Below are positions 39,554 to 51,319 of a stretch of DNA of 64,000 nucleotides, one piece after another. A model generated the notes under the pieces. The model had not been told where the DNA came from. It worked only from the letters and a program-made list of their open reading frames with translations, and made no database searches. The position numbers and the translations under genes are program-made. The stretch is from Felis catus (taxonomy: Eukaryota): the NCBI RefSeq assembly GCF_018350175.1, contig NC_058368.1, positions 108,130,001-108,194,000 of the forward strand, written 5' to 3'. Every line of letters starts with the position of its first letter. Position 1 is the stretch's first letter.

Positions 39554-39958
39554 CTAATGATCTGTTATTAACTGAGGCTAGGGTTGTGGAAGAAAAGGAG
39601 TATCCATCATCTCTTGTAATTAGCTGTTTGATGGAGACTCCTACTGAGCCCTTGGTACTTCTGAAGCTGGTAAAACAAACAATTGTGGGGAACCTGGAGT
39701 CTGGCAGTCCTTAAAACATATATATATAAATTCTCACTAATCAGTTTTTCCTAATAAAGCATTAGGAAATATACACACCTTATGCCTTTATTTAAAATCT
39801 TTTTGTTTTCCTTATTCTGAATCTTGGGCCCAGATATATTTGTGAGGGTTTCACAATTCTTCAGATTTTAGAAAGGTTCATATAGTGCATACACTGTGTA
39901 TTTGTATCTTTTAACTTAAGGGACAAGTTGGTTTCTGTTATTAAAAATACAAATAATA

Positions 39959-40137
39959 GGGGCGCCTGAGTGGCTCATTCTGTTAAGTGTCTAACTTTGG
40001 CTCAGGTCATGATCTCTCAGTCCATGATTTCAAGCCCCGTGTTGGGCTCTGTGCTGACAGTGTGGAGCCTGGAGTCTGCTTTCGTTTCTGTGACTCCCTC
40101 TCTGTCTAACTCCCCCACCCCGACTTGCGCGTGCTCG

Positions 40138-40198
<61 letters not shown>

Positions 40199-40230
40199 TC
40201 TCAAAAATAAATAAGCGTTAAAAAATTTTA
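39959..40230 (+). mobile_element. CanSINE with expanded (CT)n
   Basis: TSD AAAAT(A/G)CAAATAATA. Confidence 0.92.
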
Positions 40231-40354
40231 AAGGAAAAATGCAAATAATACTTTACATGAGTAAATGCCAAGTTCTGTACACTTTTCAACATTATCTTAA
40301 TTCTTGAACAAATTTTTTTTTTCTAATAGCAATAAAACATGAAGACCATCCATT

Positions 40355-40468
40355 TTCTTTCTTTACTTTTTTTCTTCTTTCTTTCTTTTCTTTTGTAGGC
40401 TCTACACCCATTGTGGGATTTGAACTCACAACCCCTATAGGTCAAGAGTCACATGTTCTACTGACTGT
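40355..40468 (-). mobile_element. Short CanSINE in the PKP4 pseudo-3'UTR
   Basis: GTAGGCTCTACACCCATTGTGGGATTTGAACTCACAACC. Confidence 0.75.
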
Positions 40469-41048
40469 CTATTCATACTATCAGAACATAACTTTATGCA
40501 CATTTTAAAAATCCCCTTTAATTTCATTTTACCTACACGTCCCCCATCTCTTTTCACTCCTTTCTCAAACCTCTCCTTGCATTGCCCACACCTTTACCAG
40601 ACTAAAGAGTCTATAAGTAATTAGTTCTGACACCTAAATAGAGCTTAGAAAGTCAAAGTGCTCTCTCCCAAAGGTTTCCTCACTTCACTGATAAGTCTTC
40701 AAAAAAGAAACGCTCTTCACTCATTCTTTATATTTCACTTTCACATTTCATCAGCAGATCAGCAAGTGTATTTTTCTTCTCATTCTAAACCAGATTAGAA
40801 AGATTTCTACTGAGCATCTTGATGCTACACCCACAAGTCTGGAGACTCTGGGTACTGTTCTGCTCTTAAGAAGGTCCTTTAATGGAATAAAAGTCTATAT
40901 AATTTGTGGTTGATTTCAGTCCATACTGTGTTGGATAATCAGTAAATAGCTGGAAAGTGAACTTAGTCATCATCAAAATAAGGATCTTCATAGCTATGAG
41001 GAGACTGCAAATACAGTTCTACAAATACAATTCTGTTGAAATCATCTT

Positions 41049-41435
41049 TTTCTTTTTTTAAAAAATTTATTTACGTAATCTCTGCATTCCATGTTGGGCT
41101 TGAACCCATAACTCTAAGATCAAGAGTCACTCTTAAAACTGAGTCAGCCTTGAAAAAAAAAAAATTAAAAAAAAAAAAAAGGGGCGCCTGGGTGGTGCAG
41201 TCGGTTAAGCGGCCGACTTCAGCCAGGTCACGATCTCACGGTCCGTGAGTTTGAGCCCCGCGTCAGGCTCTGGGCTGATGGCTCAGAGCCTGGAGCCTGT
41301 TTCGGATTCTGTGTGTCCCTCTCTCTCTGCCCCTCCCCCGTTCATGCTCTCTCTCTGTCCCAAAAATAAATAAACGTTGAAAAAAAAAAAATTAAAAAAA
41401 AAAAAACAAAACTGAGTCAGCCAGGCACCCCTCTT
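41049..41435. mobile_element. Old - strand CanSINE containing a young + strand SINEC_Fc (41181-41407), inside the PKP4 pseudogene
   Basis: Outer TSD TTGAAATCATCTT (41036-41048, 41436-41448); inner TSD AAAACTGAGTCAGCC (41135-41149, 41408-41422). Confidence 0.93.
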
Positions 41436-41970
41436 TTGAAATCATCTTGACTACAATACAGCTAGTATCCCGTAGCCATCTGTTTTGTTTTCTTGCTAGT
41501 GAGTAATAGGAACTGATGTAAACTGGTGAAGATTCGCTGGAGCCTGAGTATAAGCCTTCATATGTGGTTTCCTTTTGGCTCTTAAAATACTGCATAGGTG
41601 GCTGGATCCTGTTGTATTCAGAGTGAGGGTCTCTGATTCTTAACAGTATTCGTGAGGAGGAAGTGCTGCTGACAGACTGATTGGTGACATCTGTTGGTTA
41701 GTGGTAGACAAGGAAGGATGTGAATTGAATTGGTCTGCACTGTACAATGAAGGTGTAAAAAAATGGTTTTGATTGCATCCATCTTTTTCATGAATGCTTT
41801 GGAGGTTCTAATATTGCTATAATGTATTCAAGAGCTGGGCTGCTGCCTTTACCACTTTGAGAGATGATCTGTCTCCTCTGCCTTTGGTTGTGTTCACTAG
41901 CTTTTCTTTCTCCCTTGAGTCAACAAGGACTTTGTTGTTCTCCATGATTTTGCTAGTGACCTCGTGCAGG

Positions 41971-42336
41971 TTTTTTGTTTCCTTCCTTCCTTCCTTCCTT
42001 CCTTCCTTCCTTCCTTCCTTCCTTCCCTCCCTCCCTCCCTCCCTCCCTCCCTCCCTCCTTCCTTCCTTCCTTCCTTCCTTCCTTCCTTCCTTCCTTCCTT
42101 CCTTCCTTCCTTCCTTCCTTCCTTCCTTCCTTCTCCAGTTTATTGGGGTAGTAGTAATTGATGCCTGCAGCTGTATGAAGTGCTCCATACACAGAACTGC
42201 ATCATGAAGAGAGGAAGGGCCTGGAATGCAGACAGAACCAGCCCAGCCTCAGTCTGTAGAGTCCTGTGGGTGCTTGCATCCAACCCTGCATCTGCGGGTT
42301 ACTACTGAGTGAGCTGGATACAGGCTGGAGGGACCT
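41971..42336 (-). other. Foreign insert within the PKP4 retrocopy: ~200 nt unique sequence, AATAAA and a (GGAA)n/A-rich tail
   Basis: Interrupts the PKP4 AICCA|LHEVTSK codons; AATAAA at 42144-42139; tail at 41971-42133. Confidence 0.75.
41979..42133. repeat. (TTCC)n/(TCCC)n microsatellite
   Basis: Direct tetranucleotide array. Confidence 0.97.
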
Positions 42337-42991
42337 AGTATAGCAGATGGCTTCCGTGATCTCGTCAGACAGCACATGAGGATCAGGGCTACTGGGAAGC
42401 CAGTTGGTTAGGTCTCATGGTATATTTACCTGTGAGCTTCTTGTTCTGAACATCTTGCACCATATTCCTGAAAGCAATTGCTTCACATGGAGTAGCTCTA
42501 TCATTATCTGCCCTTAGAAGTTCTATAAGGATGGGCAGCCCTTTTTCTTTGTGGATGGCCACCAGGATGTATGCTGTAAACATCTAGTTTCCAGAAGACT
42601 GCTTCTGGAGAGATCTAGCAGAGCTTTTCAAGTTGGCTGGGTTGGAACTTTCTGATGGAAGAATCAGATACCGTTTTACCATTGTTGGATGCCACAGCAT
42701 CTCGTCCCCTTGGAGAACTTTGACAACTTGGGGATATGACCAACTTCATCTCATTGATCTCTTTATGTCCTTCTCTTTTTCTTCTCCCCCTGTCAGCCTG
42801 GCTCTATGTCCTTGCTGGGAGACTCTTTTCCTAGTTAAGTCATCCCAGCAGCCAGGCTGATAGGATAGGTTTCTTGGGGGTGCAAACACAGTTCACCACA
42901 GTGTTGCTGTTGTAATTAGATGTGTTCATACATGTGCGAATCACATGCCGATGTGCGTCTGCCAGCCCCTCATAGGATTTTGCATTTGCTT

Positions 42992-43027
42992 CTTCCCTCC
43001 CTCCCTCCCTCCCTCCCTCCCTCCCCT
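42992..43027. repeat. (TCCC)n microsatellite inside the PKP4 pseudo-CDS
   Basis: Direct array at the position of the AGEEARKQM codons. Confidence 0.9.
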
Positions 43028-45436
43028 ACAGAATTAGGCAGAACAAGTGAAGTCTGATTATGATCAGCATCAAAAGAAGAATTACTGCATTCAGAAGAAC
43101 TGGAATATTCACACTTTTTGTTAAGATTGAGAGAGTATCTCCGTCGATTGTCACCTTTACAGTATCCTATGGAGATAAATTCCAAAGAACTCCTATACAA
43201 ATTTCCTTACTTTATCAGTAGATTTTCTTACCAGTTGGAACGAGGCAGATATCTCACCAACATTCTTGATTGGTATTTTATTTTTCATCTCTAAGACTGG
43301 CAAAAAGGAGGTTTCAGAGAGCACCACAGCATTCCGCCAAAGTTCCAAAACTCTTGTCATCAAGAAGGTGGACCAAATGCTTGATTCTTCCTAACCTATA
43401 CACCACCTTCTGCACTTTATTGTTGCCAGAGCACAGGTGATGCAGGTAGGCCACTGCATCTGCCTGAACTGATGGGAAGGGTGTTGCAACATGTGAGCGA
43501 CTTGACCCAACTTCTGAACATGCCAGGCACTCCCTGGGGTCTGTCTGAATACGGTCTATTGCTGTGGATCTTGTGGTGCCATCATCAGCTGGTGCTGCAT
43601 GGTGAAGCCTGTTACATCTGCACTCCTGCACTCAGTGTTGGATTGGACTGTAGGGCTCTGTGTGGCTAGCTGTTGTGTTCAGAGGATCATTATTTTTTTG
43701 GTATGTAAGGGTGCTTTGTTGTCTGGATATCGTTTGCACATTTTCAATACTTACTGTACCTGTGCAATACAGTGCTGCCTGTAATCCTTAGAGCTGCATG
43801 GTTTCGTGGTTTGGTTTGCGATAACCTTGGGCTGTACTGGGTCTTCCCTCCATATATAGTAGTGATGAGCAGTTTGGGAGACACAGCAGAATGAAGGTCT
43901 TGCCCAAGTTGGTTGGGCTGACTAGCCTAGGAACAGTAAGCCTGTCAGGCTGTCTGGCTGATGAGGAACCATACTTGTAATGGCACGATGCTGCTGTCCA
44001 CATTGTTCTGTGTCATGAACAGTCCTTTTCAGTGAAGGTCCCAGATGTGTGGTATAGTGGTCATTACTGCAGGACAATGACCCCACTTGGCCTTTGGATG
44101 GGGAAGCTGCTTGAGCTTGACCATCAGGGTCAGTGGGGACCCTGCTCTGGTGGCAGTTTGGTACTGAGGGATTGGTCTTTCGGGTTTGGAGGAGTGTAGG
44201 GTGGTGACTAATACAGTCTGATATACAACTGTTGGGGAGATGACTCTCTGTTTAGAGTATGGAGACGCTGCCCACTGAGCAGGTAATGGGGTGGAGGAAG
44301 ATGCCCTGGGGTTCGGTGCTCGGGAGTCTCAGTGACGGAGAGCCAAATCTATCCAGAGAAGTTCTCACTGACCCCTTTGAGGAAGACATACCTGTCCTGG
44401 TAACATAAGAACGACTGTGCTCTAGATGGAGCTGAACTAACTCTTCTCATGGCCTGATTGGCTACTCATGGTTGAACTAGTGTTTGCCCTTCAGCTCTTG
44501 AATTACTCACTAAATGGTTACTGGTTGAACTGTGAGCGAATGCTGTGGTCTCTTGTGTGTCTTACCCAGATTCTGGCTGTCTTGGAAACTCCTTGCTTCC
44601 TGGTTTTCACTGTCAGAATAAGAATTCATTTGTGTTGAACTTCTTGAGTTACCCAATGATCTTTCATGGTGAATAGAGGGTCCCTTGTGCTGACTCTGTC
44701 CTGATGAGGTTGTTGTTGGGATGGATGGCATCAAAAACTCAAGGTTTGTTCATATCAGTATTTGCACATTTCTTGATCTCCAAGGAGATGACTCCTTAGG
44801 TGAGCTGCTCCTTCAGGGAAGCTAGAACAGTGGTGGCTGTGATATTGGGTTTCAGGTCTAGGCCAGTGTAGGCAGTTTTCTTTGTGTGGTTGCTCCTCCT
44901 CCTCCAGTGAGGCCTGCTCAGTATTGGGCATTTATTTCTTTTTCTAGATTAGACAGGGTTTTTTGTCACTCCAGGAACCAGGTACATCCGCCTGAGGGGT
45001 AGCTGCTGTGCTACCCTCCAAAATTTGAAAAGCGAGCAACGGCTCCCCAACCCTCCTTTCCCTATACACCCCCTTCCCTGGAACAGGTCTCCCACCAGCC
45101 ACAGGGGTGGTAGCTACCTTGCCCCTCTGCCCCGTGCCTGTGGAGTTCGCTTTGCAGCCAGCATTGATAAGGACTCAGTCCTAGAGGCCCCTCTTCATCT
45201 TTATACTTGAAAAAATTTAGAGACATTAGGTGACTTTATAGCAGTTTATGCAGCTAGGAAGTGGTAGAATTGAGATTATAATCCATATCTGTTTGGCTCT
45301 GAGATCCATGTGTGTATTAACCTCTGTTGCACTGCCTCTTCATTGTGTTGTATTCCTTAAACTCACCTATTTATTAACATTAGTAAGATTATTATTGGAA
45401 AGTTTAATCAGCTAACCTAACTAAATTAACTTAATA

Positions 45437-45638
45437 TTTCTTTTTTTTTTTAATTTTTTAACATGTATTTATTTTTGAGAGACAGAGAGCATGAGTGAGG
45501 AGGAACAGAGAGAGAGGGAGACACAGAATATAAAGCTGTGAGCACAGAGCCCAACGTGGGGCTGGAACCCATGAACTGTGAGATCATGACCTGAGTCAAA
45601 GTCAGATGCTTAACCGACTGAGCCATCCAGGCGCCCCC
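45437..45638 (-). mobile_element. CanSINE
   Basis: TSD ACTTAATATTTCT. Confidence 0.9.
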
Positions 45639-46519
45639 ACTTAATATTTCTAATAGTCTTGCTGATTGACTTAGCTTTTCTGGGAATAGAGTCCTTATTT
45701 ATAAACATACATAATAATGAATTTTGTTTATCCTTTTCAGACTTTATATCATATTGGTTCACTTACTAGTTGCATTATCTAGAACTTCTAGAACATTGTG
45801 ATAACAGTGAGCATTTGTTAGTTAATTTAAAACATCTGATGTTTCACTAAATGCTTACATTAATTGAATATAGTTTTTCACCACTGAGCATGATGCCAGC
45901 CCTTAGTAGTATTCTTCATAAATAAAATAGGAAAGAGAGCAAAGTACTTCTGTTTTATTAAGAGTTTTTTAAAAATTCTATTTGGATGTCTATGTAGGCC
46001 AGATTTTAAAGTCTTAATTGTTGCTGTGTCATAATGGCTGAAACTAAAAATTACTGTTATTTCTACCTACTTATACCGCACTCATTTTTAATCTCTGATA
46101 ATGTATACACGTCTTACCTCTGGCAGTATTCATTATTGTACATTTAAAAAATAAGTTTATTATAATTTGTAACTTGCTGAGTTGTATTTATTTTAAATAT
46201 ATATTTAAAAATTTTTATGTGGGGCTAGCATGTAGTAGGAGTTCAGTGAATATACGTTCAATATGTTAATTTTTATAATTATCTGATTAGTGAGGCATAT
46301 TGATAATAAGCCTGTATTATGACTAATGGTAGGAAAATGTTGTATCAATTTTAGAAGTGGAAAAAACCCAGAAAATAGATATGTAGTATTGTTGTAGTTT
46401 CCTGGTTTCATGGTCATTTAGCTGATTTCTGATCCTACCATTTTCCCATTCTGACTTGATAGCATTTTGCTGTAGGTACCACTGTTTCAGTAGTTCGCTG
46501 GTGGGTTTAGGTATTTCTC

Positions 46520-46604
46520 TTAGTTCTCTCGCACGAGCGCTCTCTCTCTCTCTCTCTCATTCTTTCTCCCTCCTTCCATCCAACCCTCCCTCCATCTCTC
46601 TCTC

Positions 46605-46678
<74 letters not shown>
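46520..46678. repeat. Compound (CT)n/(CA)n microsatellite
   Basis: Direct array. Confidence 0.92.
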
Positions 46679-46682
<4 letters not shown>

Positions 46683-47594
46683 ACTAATTCATTTACCAAA
46701 TGTGAGAGAATGAGGAAATACGAATATTATAGAAAATTATTAAAATACAGAGGTAGAATGTGATTGTCCCATTCAAATATTGCCCCTGAATGGTTCAGAG
46801 TTTCTCCTGTTAAACTTGCAAATAGCTATAAAGGAGGAGTTTGGGAGATATCTAAGGAATGGAATAATTGGAATTACTCTTCAATTTTGTCAGTATGATC
46901 CAAAATATCTGTCTCTATCTATAGCTAGAAAATATTTTTGAAAGTCTTATAATAGTGTTATAGTTTAAGGGAATGGAAACTGATATTAAATTTCTAGTTA
47001 TTTTGGTTAATGGTCTAGGGTATAATTATCTGGACATAATTGCCATTTGAGGAGCTATGCTTTGCTTAAGTAAATAGAATTGGTGGCTCCGTGTTGGGCC
47101 CACTCAGCAGCTAACCATAGTATAATAATCCTTACCACAGCAGCTGGAATTTATTGTAGCTATTGCTGTATGTTCTCACTGTAAAGGCTGTGATTTCTGT
47201 GAGGAAATCAGAAAAGCAGCCCTTTTGTGGTTTTGATTAAAGAGTGTTTTCCTGGCAGCATGAGAAAATGCTCTGCTTGTTTTGTGCCCTGTAGATATAA
47301 GATGTGCTTTTACAAAAGGAGCCATTTCTTTAAAAAGTAGTCCTATGCAAGATACCCATTTTAATTTTATTATTAACCATCTAATAATTGTGAATGGTTT
47401 TAATGCACATGTTCACTGAAGAAATGCTTATAGGGAATGATACTAATTAAAGGAAATGTGTTGATATTAGGGTGGGTATAGAAATTTTCCACTCAAGGCC
47501 ACATTCCTATGGTTATCTTTCTATGGTTTTCTTTAAAAATGGTTGACCCATAGAACTCAGAACAAGTTGAGTACTGTGTATACTGTCTTTGGGT

Positions 47595-48479
47595 ATTTTA
47601 TTTTAATTACAGTGTTGTTAACATACAGTGTTATTTTACTTTTAGGCATACAGTATAGTTATTTAAAAATTCTTTGTATTACTCAGCATTCATCAAGATA
47701 ACTGTATTCTTAATCCTCTTCACCTATTTCTCCCATCCCTTGACCCATCTCCCCTTTTGTAACCATCAGTTTTTCTCTATAATTAAGAGTCTGTTTTCTG
47801 GTTTGTCTCCCTCTTTTTTTTGCCTTGCTGATTTGTTTACTGGATTCCACATATATGCGAGATCATCCAAGATTTGTTTTTCTCTGGCTTATTTCACTTA
47901 GCATTATGCTTTCTCACTCCATGTTGATACAAATAGCTAGATTTTATTCTTTTCTTATGGCTAACATTCCTGTGTATGTGTGTGTGTGCCACATCTTTTA
48001 TCCATTCGTCTGTTAGTGGACACTTGGGCTCCTTCGATAGTTTTGCTGTTGTAAATAATGCTGCAATAAACATAGGGGTGCATTTATCCCTTCGAATTAG
48101 TGGTGTTATATTCTTTAAGTAACCAGAAATGTGGTTACTGGATCATGGGGTAGTCCTATTTTTAATTTTCTGAGGAACCTCCATGCTGTATTCCACAATA
48201 GCTGTACCAATTTGCAGTCTCACTAATAGTGCACGAAGGTTTCTTTTTCTTCACATACTTGTCTACACTTGTTGTCTTTTTTATTTTTGACAGGTGTGAA
48301 GTAAGATCTCATTGTGGTTTTAATTTGCAGTTTCCCTGTTGATGGATGATGTTTAGTATCTTTTCATGTGTCTGTTAGCCATCTGTATGTCTTTGGAGAA
48401 GTGTCTATTCATGTCTTCTTCTGCCCTTTTTCTGTTTTTGTTTTTTAAGAGAGAGAGCGTGAATATAGGGGAGAGAGGC

Positions 48480-48538
<59 letters not shown>

Positions 48539-50300
48539 CTCAAGCATGCTCCACACTTAGCACAGAGCCTGACACAGGACTTGATCCTGTGACCCTGGGA
48601 TCATGACCCTAGCCACAATCAAGAGTCGGATGTTGGGGCGCCTGGGTGGCGCAGTCAGTTAAGCGTCCGACTTCAGCCAGGTCACGATCTCGCGGTCCGT
48701 GAGTTCGAGCCCCGCGTCAGGCTCTGGGCTGATGGCTCAGAGCCTGGAGCCTGTTTCCGATTCTGTGTCTCCCTCTCTCTCTGCCCCTCCCCCGTTCATG
48801 CTCTGTCTCTCTCTGTCCCAAAAATAAATAAACGTTGAAAAAAAAAAAAAAAAGAGTCGGATGCTTAACCAACTGAGCCACCCAGGCACCCCCTATTCTT
48901 CCCATTTGTATTGAAAAAAAAAAATTTTTTTTTAAGTTTATTTATATTGAGAGAGAGCAAAAGGAGGGGAGGGGTGGAGAGAGAGGGGGAGAGAGAGACT
49001 CTCATGCAGGCCCCACACAGAGCCCAGCAGAGTTAGCTCAGAGCTTAATGTGGGGCTTGATCTCAAAAACCATGAGATCATGACCTGAGCCAAAATCAAG
49101 AGTCAGATGCTTAACAGACTGAGTCACCCAGGTGCCCCTACCCATTTTTCAATTGGATTATTTGGTTCATTTGGTGTTGAGTTATATAAGTTCTTTATAT
49201 ATTTTGGATACTGTTTATTGAGTGTGTCTTTTGCAGGTATCTTCTTCATTCAGTAAGTTGTGTTTTAGTTTTGTTGGTTGTTTCTTTTGCTGTGCAGAAG
49301 CTTTTTAGTTTGAAGTAGTTCCAGTAGTTCATTTTTGCTTTTGTTTCCCTTGCCTCAGGTGACATATCTAGAAAAATGTTGCTATAATCAGTGTCAGAGA
49401 AAGTACCACCTGTGCTCTCTTCTAGGATTTTTATGGTTTTAGGTCTCACGTTTAGGGTCTTAGTCCATTTTGAGTTTATTTGTATATAGGGTGTATGAAA
49501 GTGGTCTGGTATCATGCTTTTGCTGTAGCTGTCCAGTTTTCCCAGCACTATTTGTTGAAGAGACTTTTTCCAGTGCATGTTCTTGCCTCCTTTATTGCAG
49601 ATTAATTGGCCATATGATTAATGGGTTTCTTTCTGGACTTCCTACTCTTTCCCATTGATCTGTGTGTCTGTTTTTATCCCAGTACCATACTGTTTTAATC
49701 ACTATGGTTTTGTAGTGTCACTTGAGGTCTGGAATTGTGATACTTCTAGTTTTTCCTTTTTCAAGATTGCTTTGGCTATTTAGGGTCTTCTGTGGTTCCA
49801 TAAAAATTTTAGGATTTTTTTGTTCCAGTTCTGTGAAAAATGCCATTGGTATTTTCATAGGGATTGCATTAAGTGTATAGATTGCTTTGGGTAGTGTAGA
49901 CATTTTACCTGGTTTGTCCTTCTAACATATGAGCATGGAATCTCTTTTCATTTGGTTGTGTTGTCTTCAGTTTCTTTCATCAGTCTTTTATAGTTTTCAG
50001 AGAACAGATCTTTCACCTATTTGGTTAAATTTATTCCGAGGTATCTTACTATTTTTGCCGTAGTTGTAAATGGGATTGTTTTCTTAATTTCTCTTTCTGC
50101 TGCTTTGTTACTAGTGTATAGAAATGTTGTGAATTTCCATACACTGATTTTTTATCCTGTGACTTTACTGAATTCAATTATCAGTTCTAGTTGTTTTTTG
50201 GTGGAGTTTTCAGGATTATCATGTCATCTTTAAATAGTGACAGTTTTACTTCTTTACCAATTTGGATAGTTTTCATTACTTTTTGTTGTCTGGTTGCTGT
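47595..50300 (-). mobile_element. Carnivore L1 (ORF2 3' half plus 3'UTR) with nested CanSINEs (~48430-48893 containing young 48635-48853; ~48915-49138)
   Basis: ORF2 homology [25 protein letters not shown] and INSKWTKTLNVRPKTIKILEE; inner SINE TSD AAGAGTCGGATG. Confidence 0.93.
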
Positions 50301-51319
50301 GATATTGTCTTTGGGTTTTAATGGTAGATGGGGAAGAGTAAATTTTACTCTTTAAAAATTGACTATCACTTTCATGCTTGATTACTTACATTCCTAAATA
50401 TTATAAGCTATAGCTACATTTTTCTGATTCCTTCATATATTTCAGGCATTTAACAAGGCAGATTTACCAGTAAACAAATTTTCTTAAAACATAAATAATC
50501 CTTAAATGTCCAATAAATTATACTTGCAAATTTAGCTTATCACATTTTCTTATCTGTTAAATACCTTTATAAATAGAACATAAAATACCCTAATAGTAAG
50601 TTGTTAAAATATATTTAATGGCAATAAAATATTAATGCTGTAGCTTTTGGTTGACCTCATCATTTCTGTATTGATTTCTGTATTTTCCTGGAGTTATAGA
50701 GTTATCCACTGAAAAAGGAAACAGTTACTGTCAAGCCTAGCTGAGGTAATTTGGTTAAAAATCAGGATTGGGATGCTGTTATGAGTAAAGCTCTTAAGGT
50801 CAAAAACTATAGAATTTGAATGGATTTCTGGGGAAAGAAACTTGATAGCGTCTAGGACCTCGATACACCTGCCAAGCCTGAGCTGGCCTTGGTTAGCATG
50901 TGTGCTTTTCTTTGGTTGAATGGGTTCACTTAATGGGACCTTTTGAGTCCTCTTCTTTTAACTATTTACTCAGACACATGGGTTTTGTATTTTATGCATC
51001 TTTGTACTTACTGAAATGCTGGTCTTTTAAATGAGTTGAAAGTAGGGGTGGGAGGAAGATCTTTCCAAGCCCCAGTGTTATTTATTTATTTAATTTCTCA
51101 AATTCTGGGTCCCACTTCATCCTGGTGCTCTAAGCCTGTAGTAAAGCACTCATTTTAAGTTCTTTATTTGGGATGGAATTCTGAACCCCTTATTTCCCTT
51201 TATTCATGGAATAATCTTATTTCAGCTGTAGTTGTTCTCTACACCATAAAAAGTAATGTGGAGAACAGTTTCTGCCTCTGGGAAGAACTTCTGTTGGTCT
51301 CACTAACCATGATATATTC

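Larger units (their letters stand above)
40313..45196 (-). pseudogene. PKP4: Processed pseudogene of plakophilin-4 (p0071): 5'UTR, disrupted CDS (ATG 44931 to stop 40825), 3'UTR and poly(A)
   Basis: Intronless; translated pieces match PKP4 ([69 protein letters not shown]...KGRGDRSSLKVVKAAAQLLNTL, EQYPESPDLWV*); many frameshifts/stops; poly(A) at 40313-40322; degenerate TSD at 40294-40315 and 45197-45218. Confidence 0.96.

Noticed and set aside
41817..42207. ORFs with EGRK / FLPS repeats
   Set aside because: Translation of the (GGAA)n microsatellite fused to PKP4 pseudogene sequence.
40825..44931. PKP4 as a functional retrogene
   Set aside because: Numerous frameshifts, stops, deletions and insertions; the longest open pieces are ~100-120 aa.
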